Below, one piece after another: positions 28,601 through 44,300 of a DNA stretch of 64,000 bases. Source of the DNA: Schmidtea polychroa (lineage: Eukaryota); NCBI GenBank assembly GCA_044892525.1, contig CM097885.1, positions 2,544,001-2,608,000 on the forward strand. Direction: 5' to 3'. The stretch's first letter is position 1. Each line of letters begins with the position of its first letter. The notes below the pieces were generated by a model. That model had not been told where the DNA came from, ran no database searches, and saw only the letters and a program-made list of their open reading frames with translations. The translations under genes and the position numbers were made by a program.

Positions 28601-29090
28601 TATCGCTGCCCATATCTTCCCTATTTGATATCACTGTCCATATCTTCCCTATCTGATATCGCTGCCCATATCTTCCCTACCTGATATCACTGCCAATATC
28701 TTCCTTATCTGATATCACTGCATATCTTCCCTATCTGATATCACTGCCAATATCTTCCCTATCTGATATCACTGCATATCTTCCCTATCTGATATCGCTG
28801 CCCATATCTTCCCTATCTGATATCGCTGCCCATATCTTCCCTATCTGATATCACTGCCAATATCTTCCCTATCTTGTATCACTGCATATCTTCCCTTTCT
28901 GATATCACTGCCCATATCTTCCCTATCTTATATCACTGCCTATATCTTCCCTATCTGATATCACTGCATATCTTCCCTATCTTATATAAATGCCCATATC
29001 TTCCCTATCTGATATCACTGCCCTTAATTTCCCTATCTTATATCACTGCCCTTATCTTCCCTATCTGGTATCACTGCCAATATCTTCCCT
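18580..29090 (+). repeat. ~10.5-kb HOR, copy 1 (related 4,350-bp and 6,161-bp subunits)
   Basis: Offset 10511 to copy 2: TACCTTTC 19811/30322, TGAATAA 20974/31485, ATAACAGTCC 20896/31407. Internal offset 4350: ATAACAGTCC 20896/25246, CGCGG 19659/24009. Confidence 0.88.
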
Positions 29091-32000
29091 ATCTGGTATC
29101 ACTGCATATCTTCCCTTTCTGATATCACTGCCCATATCTTCCCTATCTGGTATCACTGCCAATATCTTCCCTATCTGATATCACGGCATATCTTCCCTAT
29201 CTGATATCACTGCCAATATCTTCCCTATCTGATATCACTGCCTATATCTTCCCTATCTGATATCACTGCATATCTTCCCTATCTGATATCACTGCATATC
29301 TTCCCTATCTGATATCACTGCCCATATCTTCCCTATCTGATATCACTACATATCTTCCCTATCTGATATCACTCCCCATATCTTCCCTATCTGATATCGC
29401 TGCATATCTTCCCTATCTGATATCACTGCCCATATCTTCTCTATCTGATATCACTGCCCATATCTTCCCTATCTGACATCACTGCCCATATCTTCCCTAT
29501 CTGATATCACTGCCCATATCTTCCCTATCTGATATCACTGCCCATATCTTCCTTATCTGATATCACTGCATATCTTCATTATCTGATATCACTGCCCATA
29601 TCTTCCCTATCTGATATCGCTGCCCATATCTTCCCTATCTGATATCACTGCATATCTTCCCTATCTGATATCACTGCCAATATCTTCCCTATCTGATATC
29701 ACTGCCCATATCTTCCCTATCTGATATCACTGCCCATATCTTCCCTATCTGATATGACTGCATATCTTCCCTATCTGATATCGCTGCCCATATCTTCCCT
29801 ATCTGATATCACTGCCTATATCTTCCCTATCTGATATCGCTGCCCATATCTTCCCTATCTGATATCGCTGCCCATATCTTCCCTATCTGATATCACTGCC
29901 CATATCTTCCCTATCTGATATCACTGCCTTACCTTCCCTATCTGATATCACTGCCCATATCTTCCCTATCTGATATCGCTGCCCATATCTTCCCTATCTG
30001 ATATCACTGCCCATATCTTCCCTATCTGATATCACTGCCATACCTTCCCTATCTGATATCACTGCCCATATCTTCCCTATCTGACATCACTGCCCATATC
30101 TTCCCTGTCTGATATCACTACCCACATCTTCCCTATCTGATATCACTGCATATCTTCCCTATCTAATATCGCGGCCCATATCTTCCCTATCTGATATCGC
30201 TGCCCATATCTTCCCTATCTGATATCGCTGCCCATATCTTCCCTATCTGATATCACTGTCCATATCTTCCCTATCTGATATCGCTGCCCATATCTTCCCT
30301 ATCTGATATCACTGCATATCTTACCTTTCTGATATCACTGCCCATATCTTCCCTATCTGATATCACTGCCCATATCCTCCCTATCTGATATCACTGCCCA
30401 TATCTTCCCTATCTGACATCACTGCCCATATCTTCCTATCTGATATCACTGCCCATATCTTCCCTATCTGATATCACTGCCCATATCTTCCCTATCTGAT
30501 ATCACTGCATATCTTCCCTATCTGATATCACTGCCCATATCTTTCCTATCTGATATCACTGCCCATATCTTCCCTATCTGATATCACTGCATATCTTCCC
30601 TATCTGATATCACTGCATATCTTCCCTATCTGATATCACTGCCCATATCTTCCCTATCTGATATCACTGCCCATATCTTCCCTATCTGATATCGCTGCCC
30701 ATATCTTCCCTATCTGATATCGCTGCCCATATCTTCCCTATCTCATATCACTGTCCATATCTTCCTTATCTGATATCGCTGCCCATATCTTCCCTATCTG
30801 GTATCACTGCCAATATCTTCCCTATCTGATATCACTGCATATCTTCCCTATCTGATATCGCTGCCCATATCTTCCCTATCTGATATGACTGCCAATATCT
30901 TCCCTATCTGATATCACTGCATATCTTCCCTATCTGATATCGCTGCCCATATCTTCCCTATCTGATATCGCTGCCCATATCTTCCCTATCTGATATCACG
31001 GCCTATATCTTCCCTATCTGATATCACTGCATATCTTCCCTATCTTATTTCACTGCCCATATCTTCCCTATCTGATATCAGAGCAAATCTTCCTTATCTG
31101 ATATCACTGCCCATATCTTCCCTATCTGATATCGCTGCCCATATCTTCTTTCTCTGGTATTACTGCCCATATCTTCCCTATCTGATATCAGAGCAAATCT
31201 TCCTTATCTGATATCATTGCCCATATCTTCCCTATCTGATATCACTGCCCATATCTTCCCTATCTGATATCACTGCATATCTTCCCTATCTGATATCACT
31301 GCCCATATCTTCCCCATCTGATATCACTGCCCATATCTTCCCTATCTGACATCACTGCCCATACCTTCCCTATCTGATATCACTGCCCATATCTTCCCTA
31401 TCTGATATAACAGTCCATATCTTCCCTATCTGATATCACTGCATATCTTCATTATCTGATATCACTGCCCATATCTTCCTTATCTGAATAACTGCCCATA
31501 TCTTCCCTATCTGATATCACTGCCAATATCTTCCCTATCTTATATCACTGCCCATATCTTCCCTATCTGATATCACTGCCCATATCTTCCCTATCTGATA
31601 TCACTGCCCATATCTTCCCTATCTGATATCACTGCATATCTTCATTATCTGATATCACTGCCCATATCTTCCCTATCTGACATCACTGCCCATATCTTCC
31701 CTATCTGATATCACTGCCCATATCTTCCCTATCTGATATCACTGCCCTTAATTTCCCTATCTTATATCACTGCCCTTATCTTCCCTATCTGATATCACTG
31801 CATATCTTCCCTATCTGATATCACTGCCCATATCTTCCCTATCTGATTTCACTACCCATATCTTCCCTATCTGATATCACTGCATATCTTCCCTATCTGA
31901 TATCACTGCCCATATCTTCCCTATCTGATATCACTACCCATATCTTCCCTATCTGATATCACTGCTCATATCTTCCCTATCTGATATCACTGCAAATCTT

Positions 32001-35000
32001 CCCTATCTGACATCACTGCCCATATCTTCCCTATCTGATATCACTGCCCATATCTTCCCTATCTGACATCACTGCCCATATCTTCCCTATATGATATCAC
32101 TGCCCATGTCTTCCTTATCTGACATCACTGCCCATATCTTCCCTATCTGATATCACTGCATATCTTCCCTATCTGATATCACTGCAAATCTTCCCTATCT
32201 GATATCACTGCCCATATCTTCCCTATCTGACATCACTGCCCATATCTTCCCTATCTGATATCACTGCCCATATCTTCCCTATCTGACATCACTGCCCATA
32301 TCTTCCTTATCTGATATCACTGCCCATATCTTCCCTATCTGATATCACTGCCCATATCTTCCTTATCTGATATCACTGCCCATATCTTCCCTATCTGATA
32401 TCACTGCCCATATCTTCCCTATCTGATATCACTGCCCATATCTTCCCTATCTGATATCACTGCCCATATCTTCCCTATCTGATATTGCTGCCCATATCTT
32501 CCCTATCTGATATTGCTGCCCATATCTTCCCTATCTGATATCACTGCCCATATCTTCCCTATCTGATATCGCTGCCCATATCTTCCCTATCTGATATCAC
32601 TGCCCATATCTTCCCTATCTGATATCGCTGCCCATATCTCCCCTATCTGATATCACTGCCAATATCTTCCCTATCTGATATCACTGCATATCTTCCCTAT
32701 CTGATATCGCTGCCCATATCTTCCCTTTCTGATATCACTGCCATTATCTTCCCTATCTGATATCACTGCCCTTAATTTCCCTATCTTATATCACTGCCCT
32801 TATCTTCCCTATCTGGTATCACTGCCAATATCTTCCCTATCTGGTATCACTGCATATCTTCCCTTTCTGATATCACTGCCCATATCTTCCCTATCTGATA
32901 TCGCTGCCCATATCTTCCCTATCTGATATCACTGCATATCTTCCCTATCTGATATCACTGCATATCTTCATTATCTGATATCACTGCCCATATCTTCCCT
33001 ATCTGACATCACTGCCCATATCTTCCCTATCTGATATCACTGCCAATATCTTCCCTATCTGATATCACTGCATATCTTCCCTATCTGATATCGCTGCCCA
33101 TATCTTCCCTATCTGATATCGCTGCCCATATCTTCCCTATCTGATATCACTGCCAATATCTTCCCTATCTGGTATCACTGCATATCTTCCCTTTCTGATA
33201 TCACTGCCCATATCTTCCCTATCTGGTATCACTGCCAATATCTTCCCTATCTGACATCACTGCCCATATCTTCCCTATCTGATATCACTGCCAATATCTT
33301 CCCTATCTGATATCACTGCATATCTTCCCTATCTGATATCGCTGCCCATATCTTCCCTATCTGATATCGCTGCCCATATCTTCCCTATCTGATATCACTG
33401 CCAATATCTTCCCTATCTGGTATCACTGCATATCTTCCCTTTCTGATATCACTGCCCATATCTTCCCTATCTGGTATCACTGCCAATATCTTCCCTATCT
33501 GATATCACGGCATATCTTCCCTATCTGATATCACTGCCAATATCTTCCCTATCTGATATCACTGCCTATATCTTCCCTATCTGATATCACTGCATATCTT
33601 CCCTATCTGATATCACTGCATATCTTCCCTATCTGATATCACTGCCCATATCTTCCCTATCTGATATCACTACATATCTTCCCTATCTGATATCACTCCC
33701 CATATCTTCCCTATCTGATATCGCTGCATATCTTCCCTATCTGATATCACTGCCCATATCTTCTCTATCTGATATCACTGCCCATATCTTCCCTATCTGA
33801 CATCATTGCCCATACCTTCCCTATCTGATATCACTGCCCATATCTTCCCTATCTGATATCACTGCCCATATCTTCCTTATCTGATATCACTGCATATCTT
33901 CATTATCTGATATCACTGCCCATATCTTCCCTATCTGATATCGCTGCCCATATCTTCCCTATCTGATATCACTGCATATCTTCCCTATCTGATATCACTG
34001 CCAATATCTTCCCTATCTGATATCACTGCCCATATCTTCCCTATCTGATATCACTGCCCATATCTTCCCTATCTGATATGACTGCATATCTTCCCTATCT
34101 GATATCGCTGCCCATTTCTTCCCTATCTGATATCACTGCCTATATCTTCCCTATCTGATATCGCTGCCCATATCTTCCCTATCTGATATCGCTGCCCATA
34201 TCTTCCCTATCTGATATCACTGCCCATATCTTCCCTATCTGATATCACTGCCTTACCTTCCCTATCTGATATCACTGCCCATATCTTCCCTATCTGATAT
34301 CGCTGCCCATATCTTCCCTATCTGATATCACTGCCCATATCTTCCCTATCTGATATCACTGCCATACCTTCCCTATCTGATATCACTGCCCATATCTTCC
34401 CTATCTGACATCACTGCCCATATCTTCCCTGTCTGATATCACTACCCACATCTTCCCTATCTGATATCAGTGCATATCTTCCCTATCTAATATCGCGGCC
34501 CATATCTTCCCTATCTGATATCGCTGCCCATATCTTCCCTATCTCATATCGCTGCCCATATCTTCCCTATCTGATATCACTGTCCATATCTTCCCTATCT
34601 GATATCGCTGCCCATATCTTCCCTATCTGATATCACTGCATATCTTCCCTTTCTGATATCACTGCCCATATCTTCCCTATCTGATATCACTGCCCATATC
34701 CTCCCTATCTGATATCACTGCCCATATCTTCCCTATCTGACATCACTGCCCATATCTTCCTATCTGATATCACTGCCCATATCTTCCCTATCTGATATCA
34801 CTGCCCATATCTTCCCTATCTGATATCACTGCATATCTTCCCTATCTGATATCACTGCATATCTTCCCTATCTGATATCACTGCCCATATCTTCCCTATC
34901 TGATATCACTGCCCATATCTTCCCTATCTGATATCGCTGCCCATATCTTCCCTATCTGATATCGCTGCCCATATCTTCCCTATCTCATATCACTGTCCAT

Positions 35001-38000
35001 ATCTTCCTTATCTGATATCGCTGCCCATATCTTCCCTATCTGGTATCACTGCCAATATCTTCCCTATCTGATATCACTGCATATCTTCCCTATCTGATAT
35101 CGCTGCCCATATCTTCCCTATCTGATATGACTGCCAATATCTTCCCTATCTGATATCACTGCATATCTTCCCTATCTGATATCGCTGCCCATATCTTCCC
35201 TATCTGATATCGCTGCCCATATCTTCCCTATCTGATATCACGGCCTATATCTTCCCTATCTGATATCACTGCATATCTTCCCTATCTTATATCACTGCCC
35301 ATTTCTTCCCTATCTGATATCAGAGCAAATCTTCCTTATCTGATATCACTGCCCATATCTTCCCTATCTGATATCGCTGCCCATATCTTCTTTCTCTGGT
35401 ATCACTGCCCATATCTTCCCTATCTGATATCAGAGCAAATCTTCCTTATCTGATATCATTGCCCATATCTTCCCTATCTGATATCACTGCCCATATCTTC
35501 CCTATCTGATATCACTGCATATCTTCCCTATCTGATATCACTGCCCATATCTTCCCCATCTGATATCACTGCCCATATCTTCCCTATCTGACATCACTGC
35601 CCATACCTTCCCTATCTGATATCACTGCCCATATCTTCCCTATCTGATATAACAGTCCATATCTTCCCTATCTGATATCACTGCATATCTTCATTATCTG
35701 ATATCACTGCCCATATCTTCCTTATCTGATATCACTGCCCATATCTTCCCTATCTGATATCACTGCCCATATCTTCCCTATCTGATATCACTGCCCATAG
35801 CTTCCCTATCTGATATCACTGCATATCTTCATTATCTGATTTCACTACCCATATCTTCCCTATCTGATATCACTGCATATCTTCCCTATCTGATATCACT
35901 GCCCATATCCTCCCTATCTGATATCACTACCCATATCTTCCCTATCTGATATCACTGCTCATATCTTCCCTATCTGATATCACTGCAAATCTTCCCTATC
36001 TGACATCACTGCCCATATCTTCCCTATCTGATATCACTGCCCATATCTTCCCTATCTGACATCACTGCCCATATCTTCCCTATATGATATCACTGCCCAT
36101 GTCTTCCTTATCTGACATCACTGCCCATATCTTCCCTATCTGATATCACTGCATATCTTCCCTATCTGATATCACTGCAAATCTTCCCTATCTGATATCA
36201 CTGCCCATATCTTCCCTATCTGACATCACTGCCCATATCTTCCCTATCTGATATCACTGCCCATATCTTCCCTATCTGACATCACTGCCCATATCTTCCT
36301 TATCTGATATCACTGCCCATATCTTCCCTATCTGATGTCACTGCCCATATCTTCCTTATCTGATATCACTGCCCATATCTTCCCTATCTGATATCACTGC
36401 CCATATCTTCCCTATCTGATATCACTGCCCATATCTTCCCTATCTGATATCACTGCCCATATCTTCCCTATCTGATATTGCTGCCCATATCTTCCCTATC
36501 TGATATTGCTGCCCATATCTTCCCTATCTGATATCACTGCCCATATCTTCCCTATCTGATATCGCTGCCCATATCTTCCCTATCTGATATCACTGCCCAT
36601 ATCTTCTCTATCTGATATCACTGCATATCTTCCCTATCTGATATCGCTGCCCATATCTCCCCTATCTGATATCACTGCCAATATCTTCCCTATCTGATAT
36701 CACTGCATATCTTCCCTATCTGATATCGCTGCCCATATCTTCCCTTTCTGATATCACTGCCATTATCTTCCCTATCTGATATCACTGCCCTTAATTTCCC
36801 TATCTTATATCACTGCCCTTATCTTCCCTATCTGGTATCACTGCCAATATCTTCCCTATCTGGTATCACTGCATATCTTCCCTTTCTGATATCACTGCCC
36901 ATATCTTCCCTATCTGATATCGCTGCCCATATCTTCCCTATCTGATATCACTGCATATCTTCCCTATCTGATATCACTGCATATCTTCATTATCTGATAT
37001 CACTGCCCATATCTTCCCTATCTGACATCACTGCCCATATCTTCCCTATCTGATATCACTGCCCATATCTTCCCTATCTGATATCACTGCCCATATCTTC
37101 CCTATCTGATATCGCTGCCCATATCTTCCCTATCTGATATCACGGCCTATATCTTCCCTATCTGATATCACTGCATATCTTCCCTATCTTATATCACTGC
37201 CCATTTCTTCCCTATCTGATATCAGAGCAAATCTTCCTTATCTGATATCACTGCCCATATCTTCCCTATCTGATATCGCTGCCCATATCTTCTTTCTCTG
37301 GTATCACTGCCCATATCTTCCCTATCTGATATCAGAGCAAATCTTCCTTATCTGATATCATTGCCCATATCTTCCCTATCTGATATCACTGCCCATATCT
37401 TCCCTATCTGATATCACTGCATATCTTCCCTATCTGATATCACTGCCCATATCTTCCCCATCTGATATCACTGCCCATATCTTCCCTATCTGACATCACT
37501 GCCCATACCTTCCCTATCTGATATCACTGCCCATATCTTCCCTATCTGATATAACAGTCCATATCTTCCCTATCTGATATCACTGCATATCTTCATTATC
37601 TGATATCACTGCCCATATCTTCCTTATCTGATATCACTGCCCATATCTTCCCTATCTGATATCACTGCCCATATCTTCCCTATCTGATATCACTGCCCAT
37701 ATCTTCCCTATCTGATATCACTGCATATCTTCATTATCTGATATCACTGCCCATATCTTCCCTATCTGACATCACTGCCCATATCTTCCCTATCTGATAT
37801 CACTGCCCATATCTTCCCTATCTGATATCACTGCATATCTTCCCTATCTGATATCACTGCCCATATCTTCCCTATCTGATTTCACTACCCATATCTTCCC
37901 TATCTGATATCACTGCATATCTTCCCTATCTGATATCACTGCCCATATCCTCCCTATCTGATATCACTACCCATATCTTCCCTATCTGATATCACTGCTC

Positions 38001-41000
38001 ATATCTTCCCTATCTGATATCACTGCAAATCTTCCCTATCTGACATCACTGCCCATATCTTCCCTATCTGATATCACTGCCCATATCTTCCCTATCTGAC
38101 ATCACTGCCCATATCTTCCCTATATGATATCACTGCCCATGTCTTCCTTATCTGACATCACTGCCCATATCTTCCCTATCTGATATCACTGCATATCTTC
38201 CCTATCTGATATCACTGCAAATCTTCCCTATCTGATATCACTGCCCATATCTTCCCTATCTGACATCACTGCCCATATCTTCCCTATCTGATATCACTGC
38301 CCATATCTTCCCTATCTGACATCACTGCCCATATCTTCCTTATCTGATATCACTGCCCATATCTTCCCTATCTGATATCACTGCCCATATCTTCCTTATC
38401 TGATATCACTGCCCATATCTTCCCTATCTGATATCACTGCCCATATCTTCCCTATCTGATATCACTGCCCATATCTTCCCTATCTGATATCACTGCCCAT
38501 ATCTTCCCTATCTGATATTGCTGCCCATATCTTCCCTATCTGATATTGCTGCCCATATCTTCCCTATCTGATATCACTGCCCATATCTTCCCTATCTGAT
38601 ATCGCTGCCCATATCTTCCCTATCTGATATCACTGCCCATATCTTCTCTATCTGATATCACTGCATATCTTCCCTATCTGATATCGCTGCCCATATCTCC
38701 CCTATCTGATATCACTGCCAATATCTTCCCTATCTGATATCACTGCATATCTTCCCTATCTGATATCGCTGCCCATATCTTCCCTTTCTGATATCACTGC
38801 CATTATCTTCCCTATCTGATATCACTGCCCTTAATTTCCCTATCTTATATCACTGCCCTTATCTTCCCTATCTGGTATCACTGCCAATATCTTCCCTATC
38901 TGGTATCACTGCATATCTTCCCTTTCTGATATCACTGCCCATATCTTCCCTATCTGATATCGCTGCCCATATCTTCCCTATCTGATATCACTGCATATCT
39001 TCCCTATCTGATATCACTGCATATCTTCATTATCTGATATCACTGCCCATATCTTCCCTATCTGACATCACTGCCCATATCTTCCCTATCTGATATCACT
39101 GCCCATATCTTCCCTATCTGATATCACTGCCCATATCTTCTCTATCTGATATCACTGTCCATATCTTCCCTATCTGATATCACTGCCCACATCTTCCCTA
39201 TCTGATATCACTGCATATCTTCCCTATCTGATATCGCTGCCCATATCTTCCCTATCTGATATCACTGCCAATATCTTCCTTATCTGATATCACTGCATAT
39301 CTTCCCTATCTGATATCGCTGCCCATATCTTCCCTATCTGATATCACTGCCAATATCTTCCCTATCTGATATCACTGCATATCTTCCCTATCTGATATCG
39401 CTGCCCATATCTTCCCTTTCTGATATCGCTGCCCATATCTTCCCTATCTGATATCACTGCCAATATCTTCCCTATCTGGTATCACTGCATATCTTCCCTT
39501 TCTGATATCACTGCCCATATCTTCCCTATTTGATATCACTGTCCATATCTTCCCTATCTGATATCGCTGCCCATATCTTCCCTATCTGATATCACTGCCA
39601 ATATCTTCCTTATCTGATATCACTGCATATCTTCCCTATCTGATATCGCTGCCCATATCTTCCCTATCTGATATCACTGCCAATATCTTCCCTATCTGAT
39701 ATCACTGCATATCTTCCCTATCTGATATCGCTGCCCATATCTTCCCTATCTGATATCGCTGCCCATATCTTCCCTATCTGATATCACTGCCAATATCTTC
39801 CCTATCTGGTATCACTGCATATCTTCCCTTTCTGATATCACTGCCCATATCTTCCCTATCTGGTATCACTGCCAATATCTTCCCTATCTGATATCAGAGC
39901 AAATCTTCCCTATCTGATATCAATGCCCATATCTTCCCTATCTGATATCACTGCCCTTAATTTCCCTATCTTATATCACTGCCCTTATCTTCCCTATCTG
40001 GTATCACTGCCAATATCTTCCCTATCTGATATCAGAGCAAATCTTCCCTATCTGATATCAGAGCAAATCTTCCTTATCTGATATCACAGCCCATATCTTC
40101 CCTATCTGATATCGCTGCCCATATCTTCTCTCTCTGGTATCACTGCCCATATCTTCCCTATCTGATATCACTGCCCATATCTTCCCTATCTGATATCGCT
40201 GCCCATATCTTCCCTATCTGATATCACTGCATATCTTCCCTATCTGATATCACTGCCAATATCTTCCCTATCTGATATCACTGCCTATATCTTCCCTATC
40301 TGATATCACTGCATATCTTCCCTATCTGATATCACTGCCCATATCTTCCCTATCTGATATCACTGCATATCTTCCCTATCTGATATCACTGCCCATATCT
40401 TTCCTATCTGATATCACTGCCCATATCTTTCCTATCTGATATCACTGCCTATATCTTCCCTATCTGATATCACTGCCCATATCTTCCCTATCTGATATCA
40501 CTGCATATCTTCCCTATCTGATATCACTGCATATCTTCCCTATCTGATATCACTGCCCATATCTTCCCTACCTGATATCACTGCCCATATCTTCCCTATC
40601 TGCTATCGCTGCCCATATCTTCCCTATCTGATATCGCTGCCCATATCTTCCCTATTTGATATCACTGTCCATATCTTCCCTATCTGATATCGCTGCCCAT
40701 ATCTTCCCTACTTGATATCACTGCCAATATCTTCCTTATCTGATATCACTGCATATCTTCCCTATCTGATATCGCTGCCCATATCTTCCCTATCTGATAT
40801 CACTGCATATCTTCCCTATCTGATATCGCTGCCCATATCTTCCCTATCTGATATCGCTGCCCATATCTTCCCTATTTGATATCACTGTCCATATCTTCCC
40901 TATCTGATATCGCTGCCCATATCTTCCCTACCTGATATCACTGCCAATATCTTCCTTATCTGATATCACTGCATATCTTCCCTATCTGATATCACTGCCA

Positions 41001-41340
41001 ATATCTTCCCTATCTGATATCACTGCATATCTTCCCTATCTGATATCGCTGCCCATATCTTCCCTATCTGATATCGCTGCCCATATCTTCCCTATCTGAT
41101 ATCACTGCCAATATCTTCCCTATCTTGTATCACTGCATATCTTCCCTTTCTGATATCACTGCCCATATCTTCCCTATCTTATATCACTGCCTATATCTTC
41201 CCTATCTGATATCACTGCATATCTTCCCTATCTTATATAAATGCCCATATCTTCCCTATCTGATATCACTGCCCTTAATTTCCCTATCTTATATCACTGC
41301 CCTTATCTTCCCTATCTGGTATCACTGCCAATATCTTCCC
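29091..41340 (+). repeat. ~10.5-kb HOR, copy 2, expanded to ~12.25 kb by an internal ~1.9-2.0-kb duplication
   Basis: The offset drifts from 10511 to 10485 (26-bp deletion near 32.6 kb; ATCAGTGC 23981/34466) to 12251 (ORF-track twins 28874/41125). Extra copy markers: CACGGCCTAT 35239/37141, ATAACAGTCC 35649/37551. Confidence 0.85.
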
Positions 41341-44300
41341 TATCTGATATCAGAGCAAATCTTCCCTATCTGATATCAATGCCCATATCTTCCCTATCTG
41401 ATATCACTGCCCATATCTTCCCTACCTGATATCACTGCCAATATCTTCCTTATCTGATATCACTGCATATCTTCCCTATCTGATATCGCTGCCCATATCT
41501 TCCCTATCTGATATCACTGCCAATATCTTCCCTATCTGATATCACTGCATATCTTCCCTATCTGATATCGCTGCCCATATCTTCCCTATCTGATATCGCT
41601 GCCCATATCTTCCCTATCTGATATCACTGCCAATATCTTCCCTATCTGGTATCACTGCATATCTTCCCTTTCTGATATCACTGCCCATATCTTCCCTATC
41701 TTATATCACTGCCTATATCTTCCCTATCTGATATCACTGCATATCTTCCCTATCTTATATAAATGCCCATATCTTCCCTATCTGATATCACTGCCCTTAA
41801 TTTCCCTATCTTATATCACTGCCCTTATCTTCCCTATCTGGTATCACTGCCAATATCTTCCCTATCTGATATCAGAGCAAATCTTCCCTATCTGATATCA
41901 GAGCAAATCCTCCTTATCTGATATCACTGCCCATATCTTCCCTATCTGATATCGCTGCCCATATCTTCTCTCTCTGGTATCACTGCCCATATCTTCCCTA
42001 TCTGATATCAGAGCAAATCTTCCCTATCTTATATCACTGCCCTTATCTTCCCTATCTGGTATCACTGCCAATATCTTCCCTATCTGATATCAGAGCAAAT
42101 CTTCCCTATCTGATATCAGAGCAAATCTTCCTTATCTGATATCACTGCCCATATCTTCCCTATCTGATATCACTGCCCATATCTTCCCTATCTGATATCA
42201 CGGCATATCTTCCCTATCTGATATCACTGCCAATATCTTCCCTATCTGATATCACTGCCTATAACTTCCCTATCTGATATCACTGCATATCTTCCCTATC
42301 TGATATCACTGCATATCTTCCCTATCTGATATCACTGCCCATATCTTCCCTATCTGATATCACTACATATCTTCCCTATCTGATATCACTCCCCATATCT
42401 TCCCTATCTGATATCGCTGCATATCTTCCCTATCTGATATCACTGCCCATATCTTCCCTATCTGATATCACTGCCCATATCTTCCCTATCTGACATCATT
42501 GCCCATACCTTCCCTATCTGATATCACTGCCCATATCTTCCCTATCTGATATCACTGCATATCTTCATTATCTGATATCACTGCCCATATCTTCCCTATC
42601 TGATATCACTGCATATCTTCCCTATCTGATATCACTGCCAATATCTTCCCTATCTGATATCACTGCCCATATCTTCCCTATCTGATATCACTGCCCATAT
42701 CTTCCCTATCTGATATGACTGCATATCTTCCCTATCTGATATCGCTGCCCATATCTTCCCTATCTGATATCACTGCCTATATCTTCCCTATCTGATATCG
42801 CTGCCCATATCTTCCCTATCTGATATCGCTGCCCATATCTTCCCTATCTGATATCACTGCCCATATCTTCCCTATCTGATATCACTGCCTTACCTTCCCT
42901 ATCTGATATCACTGCCCATATCTTCCCTATCTGATATCGCTGCCCATATCTTCCCTATCTGATATCACTGCCCATATCTTCCCTATCTGATATCACTGCC
43001 TTACCTTCCCTATCTGATATCACTGCCCATATCTTCCCTATCTGACATCACTGCCCATATCTTCCCTGTCTGATATCACTGCCCACATCTTCCCTATCTG
43101 ATATCACTGCATATCTTCCCTATCTAATATCGCGGCCCATATCTTCCCTATCTGATATCGCTGCCCATATCTTCCCTATCTGATATCGCTGCCCATATCT
43201 TCCCTATCTGATATCACTGTCCACATCTTCCCTATCTGATATCGCTGCCCATATCTTCCCTATCTGATATCACTGCATATCTTCCCTTTCTGATATCACT
43301 GCCCATATCTTCCCTATCTGATATCACTGCCCATATCCTCCCTATCTGATATCACTGCCCATATCTTCCCTATCTGACATCACTGCCCATATCTTCCTAT
43401 CTGATATCACTGCCCATATCTTCCCTATCTGATATCACTGCCCATATCTTCCCTATCTGATATCACTGCATATCTTACCTATCTGATATCACTGCCCATA
43501 TCTTTCCTATCTGATATCAGTGCCCATATCTTTCCTATCTGATATCACTGCATATCTTCCCTATCTGATATCACTGCATATCTTCCCTATCTGATATCAC
43601 TGCCCATATCTTCCCTATCTGATATCACTGCCCATATCTTCCCTATCTGATATCACTGCCCATATCTTCCCTATCTGATATCGCTGCCCATATCTTCCCT
43701 ATCTGATATCGCTGCCCATATCTTCCCTATCTCATATCACTGTCCATATCTTCCTTATCTGATATCGCTGCCCATATCTTCCCTATCTGGTATCACTGCT
43801 AATATCTTCCCTATCTGATATCACTGCATATCTTCCCTATCTGATATCGCTGCCCATATCTTCCCTATCTGATATGACTGCCAATATCTTCCCTATCTGA
43901 TATCACTGCATATCTTCCCTATCTGATATCGCTGCCCATATCTTCCCTATCTGATATCACTGCCCATATCTTCCCTATCTGATATCACTGCCTATATCTT
44001 CCCTATCTGATATCACTGCCCATATCTTCCCTATCTGATATCACTGCCCATATCTTCCCTATCTGATATTGCTGCCCATATCTTCCCTATCTGATATCAC
44101 TGCCCATATCTTCCCTATCTGATATTGCTGCCCATATCTTCCCTATCTGATATCACTGCCCATATCTTCCCTATCTGATATCGTTGCCCATATCTTCCCT
44201 ATCTGATATCACTGCCCATATCTTCCCTATCTGATATCACTGCATAGCTTCCCTATCTGATATCGCTGCCCATATCTCCCCTATCTGATATCACTGCCAA

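Noticed and set aside
28982..28992. TATA-box-like TATATAAA
   Set aside because: It is a two-substitution variant of the monomer (TGATATCACT to TTATATAAAT region), directly abuts the ATG, and is copied with the HORs. There is no evidence of promoter function.
28874..29178. ORFs of 82 and 62 aa (and twins at 41125-41429)
   Set aside because: The peptides (ISSLSDITA, HIFPI, YLPYLISLP) are just the three frames of the monomer. The frames stay open only where variants (TTATA, TGGTA) remove the TGA. The 82-aa ORF starts at TTG, and there is no gene context.
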